Shown here: positions 28,403 through 39,228 of the stretch, one piece after another
How positions within the stretch are numbered: the stretch's first letter is position 1
Layout: each line of letters starts with the position of its first letter
From: Eubacteriales bacterium
GTDB lineage: Bacteria; Bacillota; Clostridia; Oscillospirales; CAG-272
DNA: 64,000 nt
Assembly (NCBI GenBank): GCA_045535375.1
Contig: JAZSLM010000019.1
Span: 10,871-74,870, forward strand
Direction of reading: 5' to 3'
Position numbers and translations under genes: made by a program
Notes under the pieces: generated by a model
What the model saw: the letters and a program-made list of their open reading frames with translations, nothing else
What the model was told of the DNA's origin: nothing
Databases searched by the model: none

Positions 28403-29782
28403 ATGGCTAAACTTTGGGAAGGCAGGACGGCGGCACAGACCGATAAGATCGCAGATGATTTCAATTCGTCGATCGCCGTTGACTGCCGTATGTATAAAGA
28501 AGATATCACGGGCAGCATGGCGCACGCCGCTATGCTCGGGGAGCAGGGAATTATCGCGCCCGATGAGGCGGAAGTGCTTATCGACGGTCTTGCGGGCATT
28601 CTGGCAGATCTGAATGAGGGCAAGCTCGAGATCGATCCCACCGCCGAGGATATCCATATGTTCGTCGAAACCGTACTGACGGCGCGCCTCGGCGATGTGG
28701 GCAAAAAACTTCATACCGCGCGCAGCCGTAACGATCAGGTCGCGCTCGATTTCCGTATGTATCTCCGAAATGAAACCGAGGTCGTTGTGGAAAAGATCAA
28801 GGCGATGGCAGCCACTCTTGCAGATAAGGCGGAGGAGTACGCCACCGCGATCATGCCCGGCTACACGCACCTGCAGAGAGCGCAGCCGATCAGCTTCGGT
28901 CATCACCTTTTAGCTTACGCGATGATGCTTCTGCGCGATGCGGAGCGATTCACGGATACACTCAAGCGTATCGATATCTGCCCCATCGGCTCCTGCGCGC
29001 TTGCGGGAACGACTTATGATACCGACAGATATTTCGAGGCGGAAAAGCCCGGGTTCTCGAAGATCGCGCTCAACTCGATCGACGGCGTATCCGACCGCGA
29101 TTTCGCTCTCGAATTCCTTGCGAATTGCTCGATCCTCATGACTCACCTCTCGCGATATGCCGAGGAAGTGATCCTCTGGTCGAGCTGGGAGTTCGGATTC
29201 GTCGAGCTTTCGGATGCCTACACCACCGGCTCGTCGATCATGCCGCAGAAGAAGAATCCCGATATGGCGGAGCTGATCCGCGGCAAGACGGGACGCGTCA
29301 ACGGTGATCTCATCACGCTTTTGACCGTAATGAAGGGTCTGCCGCTGGCGTATAACAAGGATATGCAAGAGGATAAGGAAACCGTATTCGACGCGCTCGA
29401 TACCGTCAAGATCTGCCTCGACGTTGCCATACCGATGACGGCAACCATGACGGCGCGTACCGAGAAGATGCGCAAAGCCGCAGAGGGCGGATTCATCAAC
29501 GCCACTGACCTCGCCGATTACCTCGTCGGCAAGGGAATGCCCTTCCGCGCGGCATATAAGATCTCGGGACAAGTCGTCGCCGAGTGCATCAAGACGGGCA
29601 AAGTGCTTGAAAACCTGCCGATCGAGGTTTATAAGTCCTATTCCGAGATAATCTCCGATGACGTCTACGACGCCGTAAACCTCGATAATTGCCTCTGCCG
29701 CAGAACAAGCGAGGGAGGACCGGCGGCGGAGTCTGTGAAGAAGCAGATTGAGTACGTTAGAAGTCGCGCTTCGCGCAAATGA
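28403..29782 (+). CDS. argH: Argininosuccinate lyase
   Basis: Fumarate-lyase signature GSSIMPQKKNPD. Confidence 0.95.
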   Translation: MAKLWEGRTAAQTDKIADDFNSSIAVDCRMYKEDITGSMAHAAMLGEQGIIAPDEAEVLIDGLAGILADLNEGKLEIDPTAEDIHMFVETVLTARLGDVGKKLHTARSRNDQVALDFRMYLRNETEVVVEKIKAMAATLADKAEEYATAIMPGYTHLQRAQPISFGHHLLAYAMMLLRDAERFTDTLKRIDICPIGSCALAGTTYDTDRYFEAEKPGFSKIALNSIDGVSDRDFALEFLANCSILMTHLSRYAEEVILWSSWEFGFVELSDAYTTGSSIMPQKKNPDMAELIRGKTGRVNGDLITLLTVMKGLPLAYNKDMQEDKETVFDALDTVKICLDVAIPMTATMTARTEKMRKAAEGGFINATDLADYLVGKGMPFRAAYKISGQVVAECIKTGKVLENLPIEVYKSYSEIISDDVYDAVNLDNCLCRRTSEGGPAAESVKKQIEYVRSRASRK

Positions 29783-30360
29783 TAGTCTGCCTTCGGCAGA
29801 ATGAAGGTAAATTTCCGAGCCGGAAGGCTCGGAAATTTTCGATTATAATTGAAACTAAAGACAACAGCAGCGAGAAGTTTTTTGAAGATTCTTAAGAAAC
29901 TTTTTCGAAAAAAAGTTTCTTAAGTCGCCGTCCGCAGACATATTTGCCTACGGCAAAAGTCGACTCTGTCTTGTCGGCTCCCGCCTCCATTTTCCTTCGG
30001 AAAACCTCCAGAGCCGCGCGAAATACCCCTGCGCTTCAAACAGACGACGCCCCGTCGGCTGTTTGGAAGGAGTAAAACCTCCCCTTGGGGAGGTTTTCGC
30101 TCCTTCACCCTGCGTGACCTTCGGTCACGCAATGCCAAATAAAGATTTAACAATAGGCACAGATCCCTCGCCTCGGCAAACCGTGTACCCTCCATGGCCC
30201 TCCCGCAAGCGGCAATGCTGTCAACTTAAGAAAGTTATTAAAAAGCTATGTTCGTACTCGTTTCGAGGGGATTTCCTTAAGTGGACAGCATTGCTGCCAG
30301 CGGGAGGGCTTTGTTTTATTATAAAACCTCTTATTTGGCACTCTGAACATAGAAATTAAC
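29766..30360. repeat. Mosaic repeat region downstream of argH
   Basis: Starts inside the argH 3' end. Contains the direct repeat of 27920-28031 and the inverted 105-bp module (29919-30023). Confidence 0.6.
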
Positions 30361-30409
30361 AGTTGAATATTCCTCAACAAACAGTTGTGCACTTTCAACC
30401 GCACTGCTA

Positions 30410-30438
30410 TTGCATTTTGGATAAATATATGATATAAT
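30410..30438 (+). promoter_or_regulatory. Promoter candidate
   Basis: TTGCAT-17 nt-TATAAT with an extended TG. Confidence 0.45.
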
Positions 30439-30477
30439 GTAATCGTGCCGCAAAACAGGTTTTAAGGAGGTGTTCGC

Positions 30478-31119
30478 GTGATACATATCGGCTCATTTGA
30501 GATCAAAACAGAAATTTTCGTTTTGATCGTGTCGCTTTTGCTGTTGTCGATTCAGCTTCTCTTGTGCTTCAAGGCGAAAAGGCTTTGGATCCGTTTGATT
30601 CCGTTCGGTTTGTTTGCGGGCACGGCGGCTATATTGGTTTTTGCTTCTTTGATTGCTGACTATTATGCGCTTGTGTTGTTTGTGTATGCGATCTATTCCG
30701 GATTTCTGGCTTTTGTCTGTGCTTGCGGTTGGGCGATTTGGTGGATAGTTGAATCGCTCTGTGCGTATATTAGAAAATCGAGCAAAAAACAAATCATCAC
30801 TCTGTTTTCGGTGATCGCATCGGCGGTGCTGATCGTTGTGACTTCCGTGAGTCTTTTTAACTATACTTATCCCACCCATTACCCCTATAAAGACCGCGAG
30901 ATCATCGGAAGCACGCCCGAGGAGATCGAAGAGAAGTACGGTGAGTTTTCGGAATTTTACCGTGACGAGGAAAATGCACCGAGCTTGGCAAAATATATGA
31001 TACGCGATAATACTCCCGAATGGATCATGAGCTATGACGATTCTCTTTGGTATCATATATATTTTAAGGACGGTGTTGCCGTGAGAGTCAGACTGCAAGA
31101 AGGCTACCCGGGAGGGTGA
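30478..31119 (+). CDS. Hypothetical membrane protein (about 4 TM helices plus a soluble C-terminal domain)
   Basis: GTG start 8 nt after AGGAGG; hydrophobic N-terminal half. Confidence 0.55.
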   Translation: MIHIGSFEIKTEIFVLIVSLLLLSIQLLLCFKAKRLWIRLIPFGLFAGTAAILVFASLIADYYALVLFVYAIYSGFLAFVCACGWAIWWIVESLCAYIRKSSKKQIITLFSVIASAVLIVVTSVSLFNYTYPTHYPYKDREIIGSTPEEIEEKYGEFSEFYRDEENAPSLAKYMIRDNTPEWIMSYDDSLWYHIYFKDGVAVRVRLQEGYPGG

Positions 31120-31283
31120 CGGAGTTGAGCCTTCCTCGAAAAACCTGTTCGGATTATTTTTGTCACCCTTGATCGTATTTGGACTTTTTGAAATGTATTT
31201 GAATTTCAAAAAGAAAATTGAGGACCTTTCGTATCGGGTTGAACAGCTTGAGGAGAGTATGAAGGATAAAGAATAATTAGAGT

Positions 31284-31325
31284 GAATGATTAAAACCTCC
31301 CGCAAGCGGGAGGTTTTAATCATTC
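31284..31325. repeat. Perfect 20-bp-stem hairpin containing the CCTCCCGCAAGCGGGAGG module
   Basis: GAATGATTAAAACCTCCCGC..GCGGGAGGTTTTAATCATTC. The core recurs at 51652-51676 and 30190-30320. Confidence 0.5.
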
Positions 31326-31590
31326 CAAGCGGTCGGCAGGGGCGCCGCCCGCTTGAAGCACACGGGGAATTTCGCCGTCTGCGGACGGCGACTTAAGAAA
31401 CTTTTTTGAAAAAAAGTTTCTTAAGAATTTTCCAAAAACTTTCCGCTGCTGTTGACTTTAATTTAATTGAAAATTTCCGCGTGCGGAAATTTACCTTCAT
31501 TCGGCGCAGCCGACTATCATTCTGCGAAGCAGATTATCATTCTCGCGCAAGCGAGATTATCATTCCGCCGAAGGCGGACAGTACGCATAT
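31326..31590. repeat. Mosaic repeat region including a mini-hairpin array (31471-31582, ATTATCATT linker)
   Basis: Reverse-orientation copies of the CTTAAGAAACTTTT palindrome and CAACAGCAGCGGAAAG modules, then GGCGCAGCC, TGCGAAGCA, CGCGCAAGCG and CGCCGAAGGCG hairpins. Confidence 0.6.
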
Positions 31591-31592
31591 AA

Positions 31593-31628
31593 CCAAAAAA
31601 TGCAAGCCAATTTCGGCTTGCATTTTTT
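31593..31628. terminator. Bidirectional terminator hairpin downstream of argF
   Basis: AAAAAATGCAAGCC..GGCTTGCATTTTTT. Confidence 0.55.
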
Positions 31629-31643
31629 ATACTTACACTTAAT

Positions 31644-32546
31644 TTACGCCATCAGCTTGACCATTACAGCCTTCTGCGCGTGCAGACGGTTTTCTGCTTC
31701 CTCGAAGATCTCGGCGGCGTGTGCCTCGAAGACCTCGGCGGTGATCTCCTCTTCGCGGTGCGCGGGGAGGCAGTGAAGCACGAGTGCGTCGGGTTTTGCG
31801 TAGGTCATAACTGTTGAGTTGATCTGGTAGCCCTCGAACGCCTTGCGGCGGATAGCGGCTTCGCCCTCCTGACCCATCGATGCCCAGACGTCGGTATAGA
31901 GCGCGTCGGCATCCTTTGCGGCTTCTTCGATAGATTCGGTGCAAAGGAAGCGGCCGGTCGCCTCCGCCCATTTCATAATTTCAGCATCGGGCTTGTATGC
32001 CGCGGGGCAGGCGATCGCGACCTTCATGCCGGCAAGGATACAGCCGACGATGAGGGAGTTTGCCATGTTGTTGCCGTCGCCGATGAAGCAGAGCTTCTTG
32101 CCGTGCAGGTCGCCGCGGAGCTCGCGGATGGTCTGAAGGTCTGCAAGCACCTGGCAGGGGTGAGCGTAGTCGGTAAGGCCGTTGATGATCGGGATCGAGC
32201 CGTATTCCGCCATATCCTCGACCTCTTTCTGGTCGAAGGTACGGATCATAATGCCGTCGAGGTAGCGCGAGAGCACGCGGATGGTGTCTGCGGTTTCCTC
32301 GCCTCTGCCGATCTGCAGGTCGTTCGAGGAGAGGAAGAGGCCTTTACCGCCAAGCTCGTGGATACCCACTTCAAAGGAAACGCGGGTGCGGGTGGAGGAC
32401 TTGCGGAAGATCATACCGAGGGTCTTGCCCTGAAGGTAAGGCTTTTTGATGCCCGCCTTGCGCTCGGCTTTGAGCTCGTCGGCGAGGTCGAGGATGGAGT
32501 AAAGCTCTTCTGTTGTAAGGTCTGAAAGTTTGAGAAGATGTTTCAT
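31644..32546 (-). CDS. argF: Ornithine carbamoyltransferase
   Basis: STRTR, HPCQ, DVWASMG and HCLPA motifs. Confidence 0.9.
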   Translation of the reverse strand: MKHLLKLSDLTTEELYSILDLADELKAERKAGIKKPYLQGKTLGMIFRKSSTRTRVSFEVGIHELGGKGLFLSSNDLQIGRGEETADTIRVLSRYLDGIMIRTFDQKEVEDMAEYGSIPIINGLTDYAHPCQVLADLQTIRELRGDLHGKKLCFIGDGNNMANSLIVGCILAGMKVAIACPAAYKPDAEIMKWAEATGRFLCTESIEEAAKDADALYTDVWASMGQEGEAAIRRKAFEGYQINSTVMTYAKPDALVLHCLPAHREEEITAEVFEAHAAEIFEEAENRLHAQKAVMVKLMA

Positions 32547-32564
32547 TGTATTAATTCCTTTTGT

Positions 32565-35498
32565 TTATTTTGCTGATACCGAACCGTCGGAGCACTTGAT
32601 CGAGCTGACGGGGGCGTTGCCGAGCCAGCTTGCGTTCTTGGTGACGGTGTTCCACTGCACTGTGGTACCGGAGTAGTTGATAGTCTTGAGTGCGGTGCAC
32701 TTATTAAATACGTTTTTGTCTACGTTGGAGATATCGGCGGGAAGGGTGATGCTCTTGAGCGCGGTGCATTCCGCGAACGCGCCCTCCTTGATGGCGTCAA
32801 CGTTCTTGCCGATGGTGACGCTTGTCAGCTTCTCGCATTTATTGAACGCATAGCTTTCGATCGAGGAAACGTTATCGGTGATAACGACCTCGGTGAGATT
32901 CTTGCAGCTGAGGAATGCATAGGAGCCGATGACGGTGTAGTCGGGCTGCTCGGCGCCCTCGCCGATAACTACCTTCTGGAGGGAGGTGCAGGATTCGAAG
33001 CATCCTGCGTCGATAAGCTTGACGGTGGAGGGGACGGTGACGCTTGTCAGCGACGAGCAAGCCGAGAACGCATAGGAGCCGAGGGTGGTAAGCTCGGTTC
33101 CGAAGGTGACGCTCTTAAGAGCCGTGCAACCTGCGAACGCGTTGCTTCCGATGCTCTTTACCGTGGAAAGATCAATGGAGGTGAGAGCCGAGCAGTTGTA
33201 AAATGCGTTTTTACCGATCTTTTCAAGCGCGGGAGACGTTACGATCTTCTGAAGCTTTTTGCAATTATAGAAGCATCTTTCTCCGATCTCGGTGATATTA
33301 TTGCCGAGAACGACGCTTTCGATCTGTGTGCCGGAGAAGGTGTATGTTCCTGTCGAGCCGACTCCGTTGCCGAATGTGACGGTCTTAAGCGCGGGGCAGT
33401 TGTAGAAAACGTAATTGCCGATTGCGGTAAGCTCCGCCTGCTCGCTGTCGTCGCCTACCTTGGCGCTTTCAAGCTTTGTGCAACTGTCAAATGCACTTGC
33501 GCCGATGGATTTTACCGAAGCGGGAACGGTTATCGACTTGAGCATAGAGCAGCCCGCGAATGCATAAGTGCCGAGAGCGGTGGTGCCCGATCCGAGATTT
33601 ACGTTTGCAAGTGCCGTGCACTTATAGAATGCGTAGTTTCCGAGGGAGGTATTGCCGGGGACGGTGAGGTCGGTGATGCCGATACACTGCGAGAATGCTT
33701 CCTTGCCGATGGTTTCAACCGATGCGGGGATCGCCATTGAGAGAAGCTTTGCGTCATATGCGAACGCGCCGTTTCCGATCTTTTTGAGAGATGCGCCGAG
33801 ATTGATATTGCTCAGTCCGGTGCATTTATAGAAGGAGTAGTTGCCGATCTCGCCGACGGTGTTGCCGATGAGGACGTTCTTGAGATCAGTGCACTCGGCA
33901 AACGCGTATTCACCGAGAACGGTGAGCTCTTCGACGACACTGCTGTCGCCGATCGTCAGGGTTTCAAGTTTGGGGCACTTATAGAATGCATAGGCGTTGA
34001 TATTTTTAACGGTAGCCGGGAGGGAGAGGCTCTTGAGGCTCTTGCAGCCTGCGAACGCGTACTTATCAATAGTCTTGACGGTGGGAGCAAGGGTGATATC
34101 AGCAAGATATTCGCATTCGTAGAAGGCGTAAGTACCGATGGTCTCAACGGGCGCGGGGATAACTGCTGAGGTGAGGGCGTAGCATCTGTAGAATGCTTCG
34201 GTGCCGATCTTGGTGATATTTGTGCCGAAGTTGACGTTTGAAAGCATGGAGCAGTTCTTGAACATACGGGTCGCGATCTCGCCAACGCTTGCTTCGATAC
34301 TTGCGGAGGTAAGAGCGGTACAGCCCGAGAACATAGAAATTCCGGTTGCGGTGGGCGTTTCAAGAAGGGTGGAGTCGCCGACTTTGACGGTTGCAAGTGC
34401 GGTACAGTCGGCAAAGATGTATTCGCCCGCCTTGGTAACGGTAGAGGGAACGGTCACCGAAGTGAGCGCGGTGCATCCGCGGAAGGCGTTGGATTCGATG
34501 TTATTGACGTTCGCGCCCCAGTTGATGGTGGTCAGAGCGGTGCAGTTGCGGAATGCGTCGTATCCGACGCGCTCGATCTTGTCGGTAAGGGTGACGCTTG
34601 TGATCGCGGTGCCCTTGAACGCATAGGAATCGATCGCCAGAACAAAATCGCCGTTGTAGCTTACGGGTATAACGATGTCGGTGTCGGTGCAGGTGCCGAT
34701 GCCATCAACCATATAGCCGCCGAGGGAGTTTGAATAGGTGAAAACGAGATCTCTGTTCGCATCCTCGCGCTCACCGCAAAGGGTACATTTTCCGTTGACG
34801 AAGGTGTGAGTGTCGGTAAGAAGGATGACTGAGCCGCGCTTGTTGAGATAATCGCAGCGCGAGCAGACCTCATCCGACTCTTTACCGTAGGAGTAGCAGG
34901 TGGATGGAGTTTTCTCGGTGAAAATGAAATCGTGTCCGAGCTTCGAGAGGTACTCTCTCTTGAGAGTGGTAGTGCCGCAGACCGAGCATTCCTTGCCGTC
35001 GGCATAGCCGCTCGAGGTGCAGGTGGGAGCGGTTCCGGGAACGACTACCTCGGTGTGGGGAATCTTTTCGATGTATTCCTGCTCGAGCAGAGTGGTATAG
35101 CAGACCGAGCAATACTTGCCATCGGTCTTTCCGCGAGAGGTGCAGGTAGCCGCGTAGCCCTCGTTAATAGCTTCAACGTGGTCTGAGAGGGGAATTGCGG
35201 TCTGTTCCTCAAGGGTGAGGTAGCAAACCGAGCAGATCTTGCCGTCGGTAAGACCTTCGCGCTGGCAGGTGGCGTCGTAGCCCTCAACTACCTGTTCGGT
35301 ATGGGGCAGGGTATCGATATATTCGCGCTCGCGATCCTCGCATTTTTCGCAGGTGCGGGAGCGGATGCCCTTTTCGGCGCAGGTGGGTTCTTTTGTGACC
35401 CTCCAATCTCCGTAATCGTGCTTGCATTCGCTGTCGCAGGAGGCGAAGCAAACAAGACAGAGGATGAGAGAAAGGAGGGCGATAAGAATCTTTTTCAT
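32565..35498 (-). CDS. BspA-type leucine-rich-repeat surface lipoprotein with N-terminal Cys-rich repeats
   Basis: Signal peptide plus lipobox. Four to five ~40-aa repeats carry C-x10-11-C-x2-C, followed by many ~23-aa LRR units (AF.GCT.L.S...P.SV..IG..AF). Confidence 0.8.
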   Translation of the reverse strand: MKKILIALLSLILCLVCFASCDSECKHDYGDWRVTKEPTCAEKGIRSRTCEKCEDREREYIDTLPHTEQVVEGYDATCQREGLTDGKICSVCYLTLEEQTAIPLSDHVEAINEGYAATCTSRGKTDGKYCSVCYTTLLEQEYIEKIPHTEVVVPGTAPTCTSSGYADGKECSVCGTTTLKREYLSKLGHDFIFTEKTPSTCYSYGKESDEVCSRCDYLNKRGSVILLTDTHTFVNGKCTLCGEREDANRDLVFTYSNSLGGYMVDGIGTCTDTDIVIPVSYNGDFVLAIDSYAFKGTAITSVTLTDKIERVGYDAFRNCTALTTINWGANVNNIESNAFRGCTALTSVTVPSTVTKAGEYIFADCTALATVKVGDSTLLETPTATGISMFSGCTALTSASIEASVGEIATRMFKNCSMLSNVNFGTNITKIGTEAFYRCYALTSAVIPAPVETIGTYAFYECEYLADITLAPTVKTIDKYAFAGCKSLKSLSLPATVKNINAYAFYKCPKLETLTIGDSSVVEELTVLGEYAFAECTDLKNVLIGNTVGEIGNYSFYKCTGLSNINLGASLKKIGNGAFAYDAKLLSMAIPASVETIGKEAFSQCIGITDLTVPGNTSLGNYAFYKCTALANVNLGSGTTALGTYAFAGCSMLKSITVPASVKSIGASAFDSCTKLESAKVGDDSEQAELTAIGNYVFYNCPALKTVTFGNGVGSTGTYTFSGTQIESVVLGNNITEIGERCFYNCKKLQKIVTSPALEKIGKNAFYNCSALTSIDLSTVKSIGSNAFAGCTALKSVTFGTELTTLGSYAFSACSSLTSVTVPSTVKLIDAGCFESCTSLQKVVIGEGAEQPDYTVIGSYAFLSCKNLTEVVITDNVSSIESYAFNKCEKLTSVTIGKNVDAIKEGAFAECTALKSITLPADISNVDKNVFNKCTALKTINYSGTTVQWNTVTKNASWLGNAPVSSIKCSDGSVSAK

Positions 35499-35540
35499 AA
35501 TGAAGTCCTTCCTAAAAAGAAAATATTATATATAAGATAT

Positions 35541-35569
35541 ATTATATCACAATGCCCCGCTTATTTCAA
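35541..35569 (-). promoter_or_regulatory. Promoter candidate for the LRR gene
   Basis: Minus strand TTGAAA-17 nt-TATAAT with an extended TG. Confidence 0.45.
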
Positions 35570-35590
35570 TAAGCGGAGCATTTTTTATGA

Positions 35591-36751
35591 TTATTTTTCC
35601 AAAATTTCCGCCAGCACCGCGAGTGCTTCGTCGATCTCCCCGTAGGTTATCGAGAGGGGAGGAAGAAGACGGAGCTTGTCCTTTGCGGAAAGGAAGAGGA
35701 CTCCGCGCTCGATACCCGCCGCGATGATCTCGGGCGTGGGCTTTTCCGTCTTGATACCGATCATAAGACCGAGACCGCTTACCGAGATAACGCCCTTCAT
35801 GGCTGAAAGTTTTGCGAAGATATATTCACTTTTGGCACGGACGGAGGCGAGAAATTCTTCATTAAGACGGCTGATCACGTTCAGAGCGCCCGCCGCGCAG
35901 GTGGGATTTCCGCCGAAGGTCGAACCGTGCGAGCCCGCCGAGAGGGTGTCCTTGACTTTTTCGCCGAGGATGACGGCGCCGATGGGAAGTCCGCCGCCGA
36001 GGCCCTTTGCGGTCGAGATGATATCGGGCTTGATGCCGAACTGCTCGAAGGCGTAAAGGGTGCCCGTGCGTCCGTTGCCGGTCTGGACCTCGTCGACGAT
36101 GAGGAGGATATCCTTTTCACCGCAAGCCGCCGCGACAGCCGAAACGTAGTCCTTATCAAGCGCGTTTACGCCGCCTTCGCCCTGAACGAGCTCGATCATA
36201 ACTGCGCAGACGTCGTCTGTCATTGCAGCGAGCATAGCTTCCGTGTCGTTCGCGGGGACGTGGCAAAATCCCTCGGTGAATGGCATAAAGGTGGTGTGGA
36301 AAACGTCCTGACCCGTTGCCGCGAGGGTGGTGATGGTTCTGCCGTGGAAGGAGTTTACGAGGGTGACGATCTTATTTCGTCCCTCGCCGTATTTATCAAA
36401 GGAGTATTTGCGCGCCGCCTTGATCGCGCCCTCGTTCGCCTCCGCGCCCGAGTTGCCGAAGAAAACGCGGCACATTCCCGTGCGTTCGCAGAGAAGCTCC
36501 GCAAGACGCGCGCAGGGGGAGGTGTAGTAGAGGTTGGAGGTATGGGAGTAGGAGTTCAGCTGAGCCGTGACAGCCGCTACCCATTCGGAGTCGGCGTAGC
36601 CGAAAGTGTTCGTGGCAATGCCCGAACCCATATCAATGTATTTTTTGCCGTCAGCATCGTAAGCCACCGCGCCCTTGCCCGAAACGATCTCAACGGGGAA
36701 ACGGCGGTAAGTCTGCGCGACGTATTTGGAATCAAGTTCGAATGTGTTCAT
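35591..36751 (-). CDS. argD: Acetylornithine aminotransferase
   Basis: Class-III aminotransferase blocks (GSGIATNTFGY, LIVDEVQTGNGRTG, TAKGLGGG). Start at ATG 36751. Confidence 0.85.
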   Translation of the reverse strand: MNTFELDSKYVAQTYRRFPVEIVSGKGAVAYDADGKKYIDMGSGIATNTFGYADSEWVAAVTAQLNSYSHTSNLYYTSPCARLAELLCERTGMCRVFFGNSGAEANEGAIKAARKYSFDKYGEGRNKIVTLVNSFHGRTITTLAATGQDVFHTTFMPFTEGFCHVPANDTEAMLAAMTDDVCAVMIELVQGEGGVNALDKDYVSAVAAACGEKDILLIVDEVQTGNGRTGTLYAFEQFGIKPDIISTAKGLGGGLPIGAVILGEKVKDTLSAGSHGSTFGGNPTCAAGALNVISRLNEEFLASVRAKSEYIFAKLSAMKGVISVSGLGLMIGIKTEKPTPEIIAAGIERGVLFLSAKDKLRLLPPLSITYGEIDEALAVLAEILEK

Positions 36752-36771
36752 TTTTGCACCTTTTAATAAGC

Positions 36772-37137
36772 GGAAAGTTTTGATCAAACTTTTTCAAAAG
36801 TTTGCGAATTCTTAAGGCGGGGCCTTAAGTCGCCCTCCGCAGAGGGCGAAACTCTCTTCTGCGCTCCGAGCAGACTGCGCCCCGCAGGCTGTTCGGAAGG
36901 AGTCAAGCCTTTCCCTTCAAGGGAAGGCTTGCGCTCCTTCAATTTTTCTAAATTCAAATACCAAAAGGGTGACAGAGCGCGATACTTCCCTACAATCGGG
37001 AAGTATCGACTCTGTCCGAAACTCAGAAGCAGAGCTTCAGAGTTTCGAAGCACGATGAAGCGAGCTTACGCTCGCATTGAAATGAGGCTCTGCCTCATAC
37101 TCCGCAAACTTTTGAAAAAGTTTGATCAAAACTTTCC
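36772..37137. mobile_element. 366-bp element with perfect 35-bp terminal inverted repeats inside the argB-argD spacer
   Basis: 36772-36806 GGAAAGTTTTGATCAAACTTTTTCAAAAGTTTGCG is the exact reverse complement of 37103-37137. The interior carries the same modules as 27990-28125. Confidence 0.6.
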
Positions 37138-37156
37138 ACTGAATTCTGTCGGTTGT

Positions 37157-38010
37157 TTAAGCCAAAACCATAGTACCAAGACCCTCATCGGTGAGAATTT
37201 CAATGAGAATCGAGTGCTGAACTCTGCCATCAATGATAAACACGCGCTTTACGCCGCCGCGGACGAGGTCGGCACAGCCGTTGACCTTGGGGATCATACC
37301 GCCCGAAATGGTTCCGTCGGCGATCATCTTGCTGATGTCATCAAGATGGATCTGCGAGATGAGAGTTGTGGGATCGTCCTTATCGGCAAGGATGCCGGGG
37401 GTGTCGGTCAGCGAGATGAATGCTTCGGCGCCGAGTGCCGCCGCGATCTCGCCCGCCATAGTGTCGGCGTTGATGTTGTAGATCTCGCCCGACTTGTCGC
37501 AGGCAACGCTCGAAATTACGGGGATGTAGCCCTTACCCAGCACGTCGGTGATGAGTCCGGTGTTGACCTTGGTGATCTCGCCGACGTAGCCGAGTGCGGG
37601 ATCAAGTTCTTTGACGTGGATCATGTTGGCGTCGATTCCCGAAAGTCCGACGGCAAGTCCGCCGACAGAGCCGATCAGTCCGACGAGGCCCTTGTTGACC
37701 TTGCCCGCGAGGACCATCGTTGCGACCTTCGCGGTCTCGGCGTCGGTAACTCTCAGACCGTTTTCGAATTTGCTTTCGATGTTCATTCTCTTGAGCGTTT
37801 CGGTCAGCGCGGGTCCGCCGCCGTGAACGAGAACGACCTTGACGCCGATGCGGTTCAGCAGCGCGACGTCGCGCATAACGTCCTCTTTGAGACTCTCGTC
37901 GATCATCGAGGAGCCGCCGTATTTGATAACGATTATCTTGTCGGTGTATTTTTTGATATAGGGAAGCGCTTCAACGAGCACTTTGGCGCGGTCGGCGTTT
38001 GAAATATTCA

Positions 38011-38014
<4 letters not shown>
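37157..38014 (-). CDS. argB: Acetylglutamate kinase
   Basis: IVIKYGGSSM and VLVHGGGP motifs. The start overlaps the argJ stop (ATGATG). Confidence 0.9.

Positions 38015-39224
<1,210 letters not shown>

Positions 39225-39228
<4 letters not shown>

Noticed and set aside
31118-31276. Possible small ORF (..LFGLFEMYLNFKKKIEDLSYRVEQLEESMKDKE) downstream of the membrane protein gene
   Set aside because: No ATG or GTG start with an RBS could be found (only an internal TTG). It is too short to support without comparative data.
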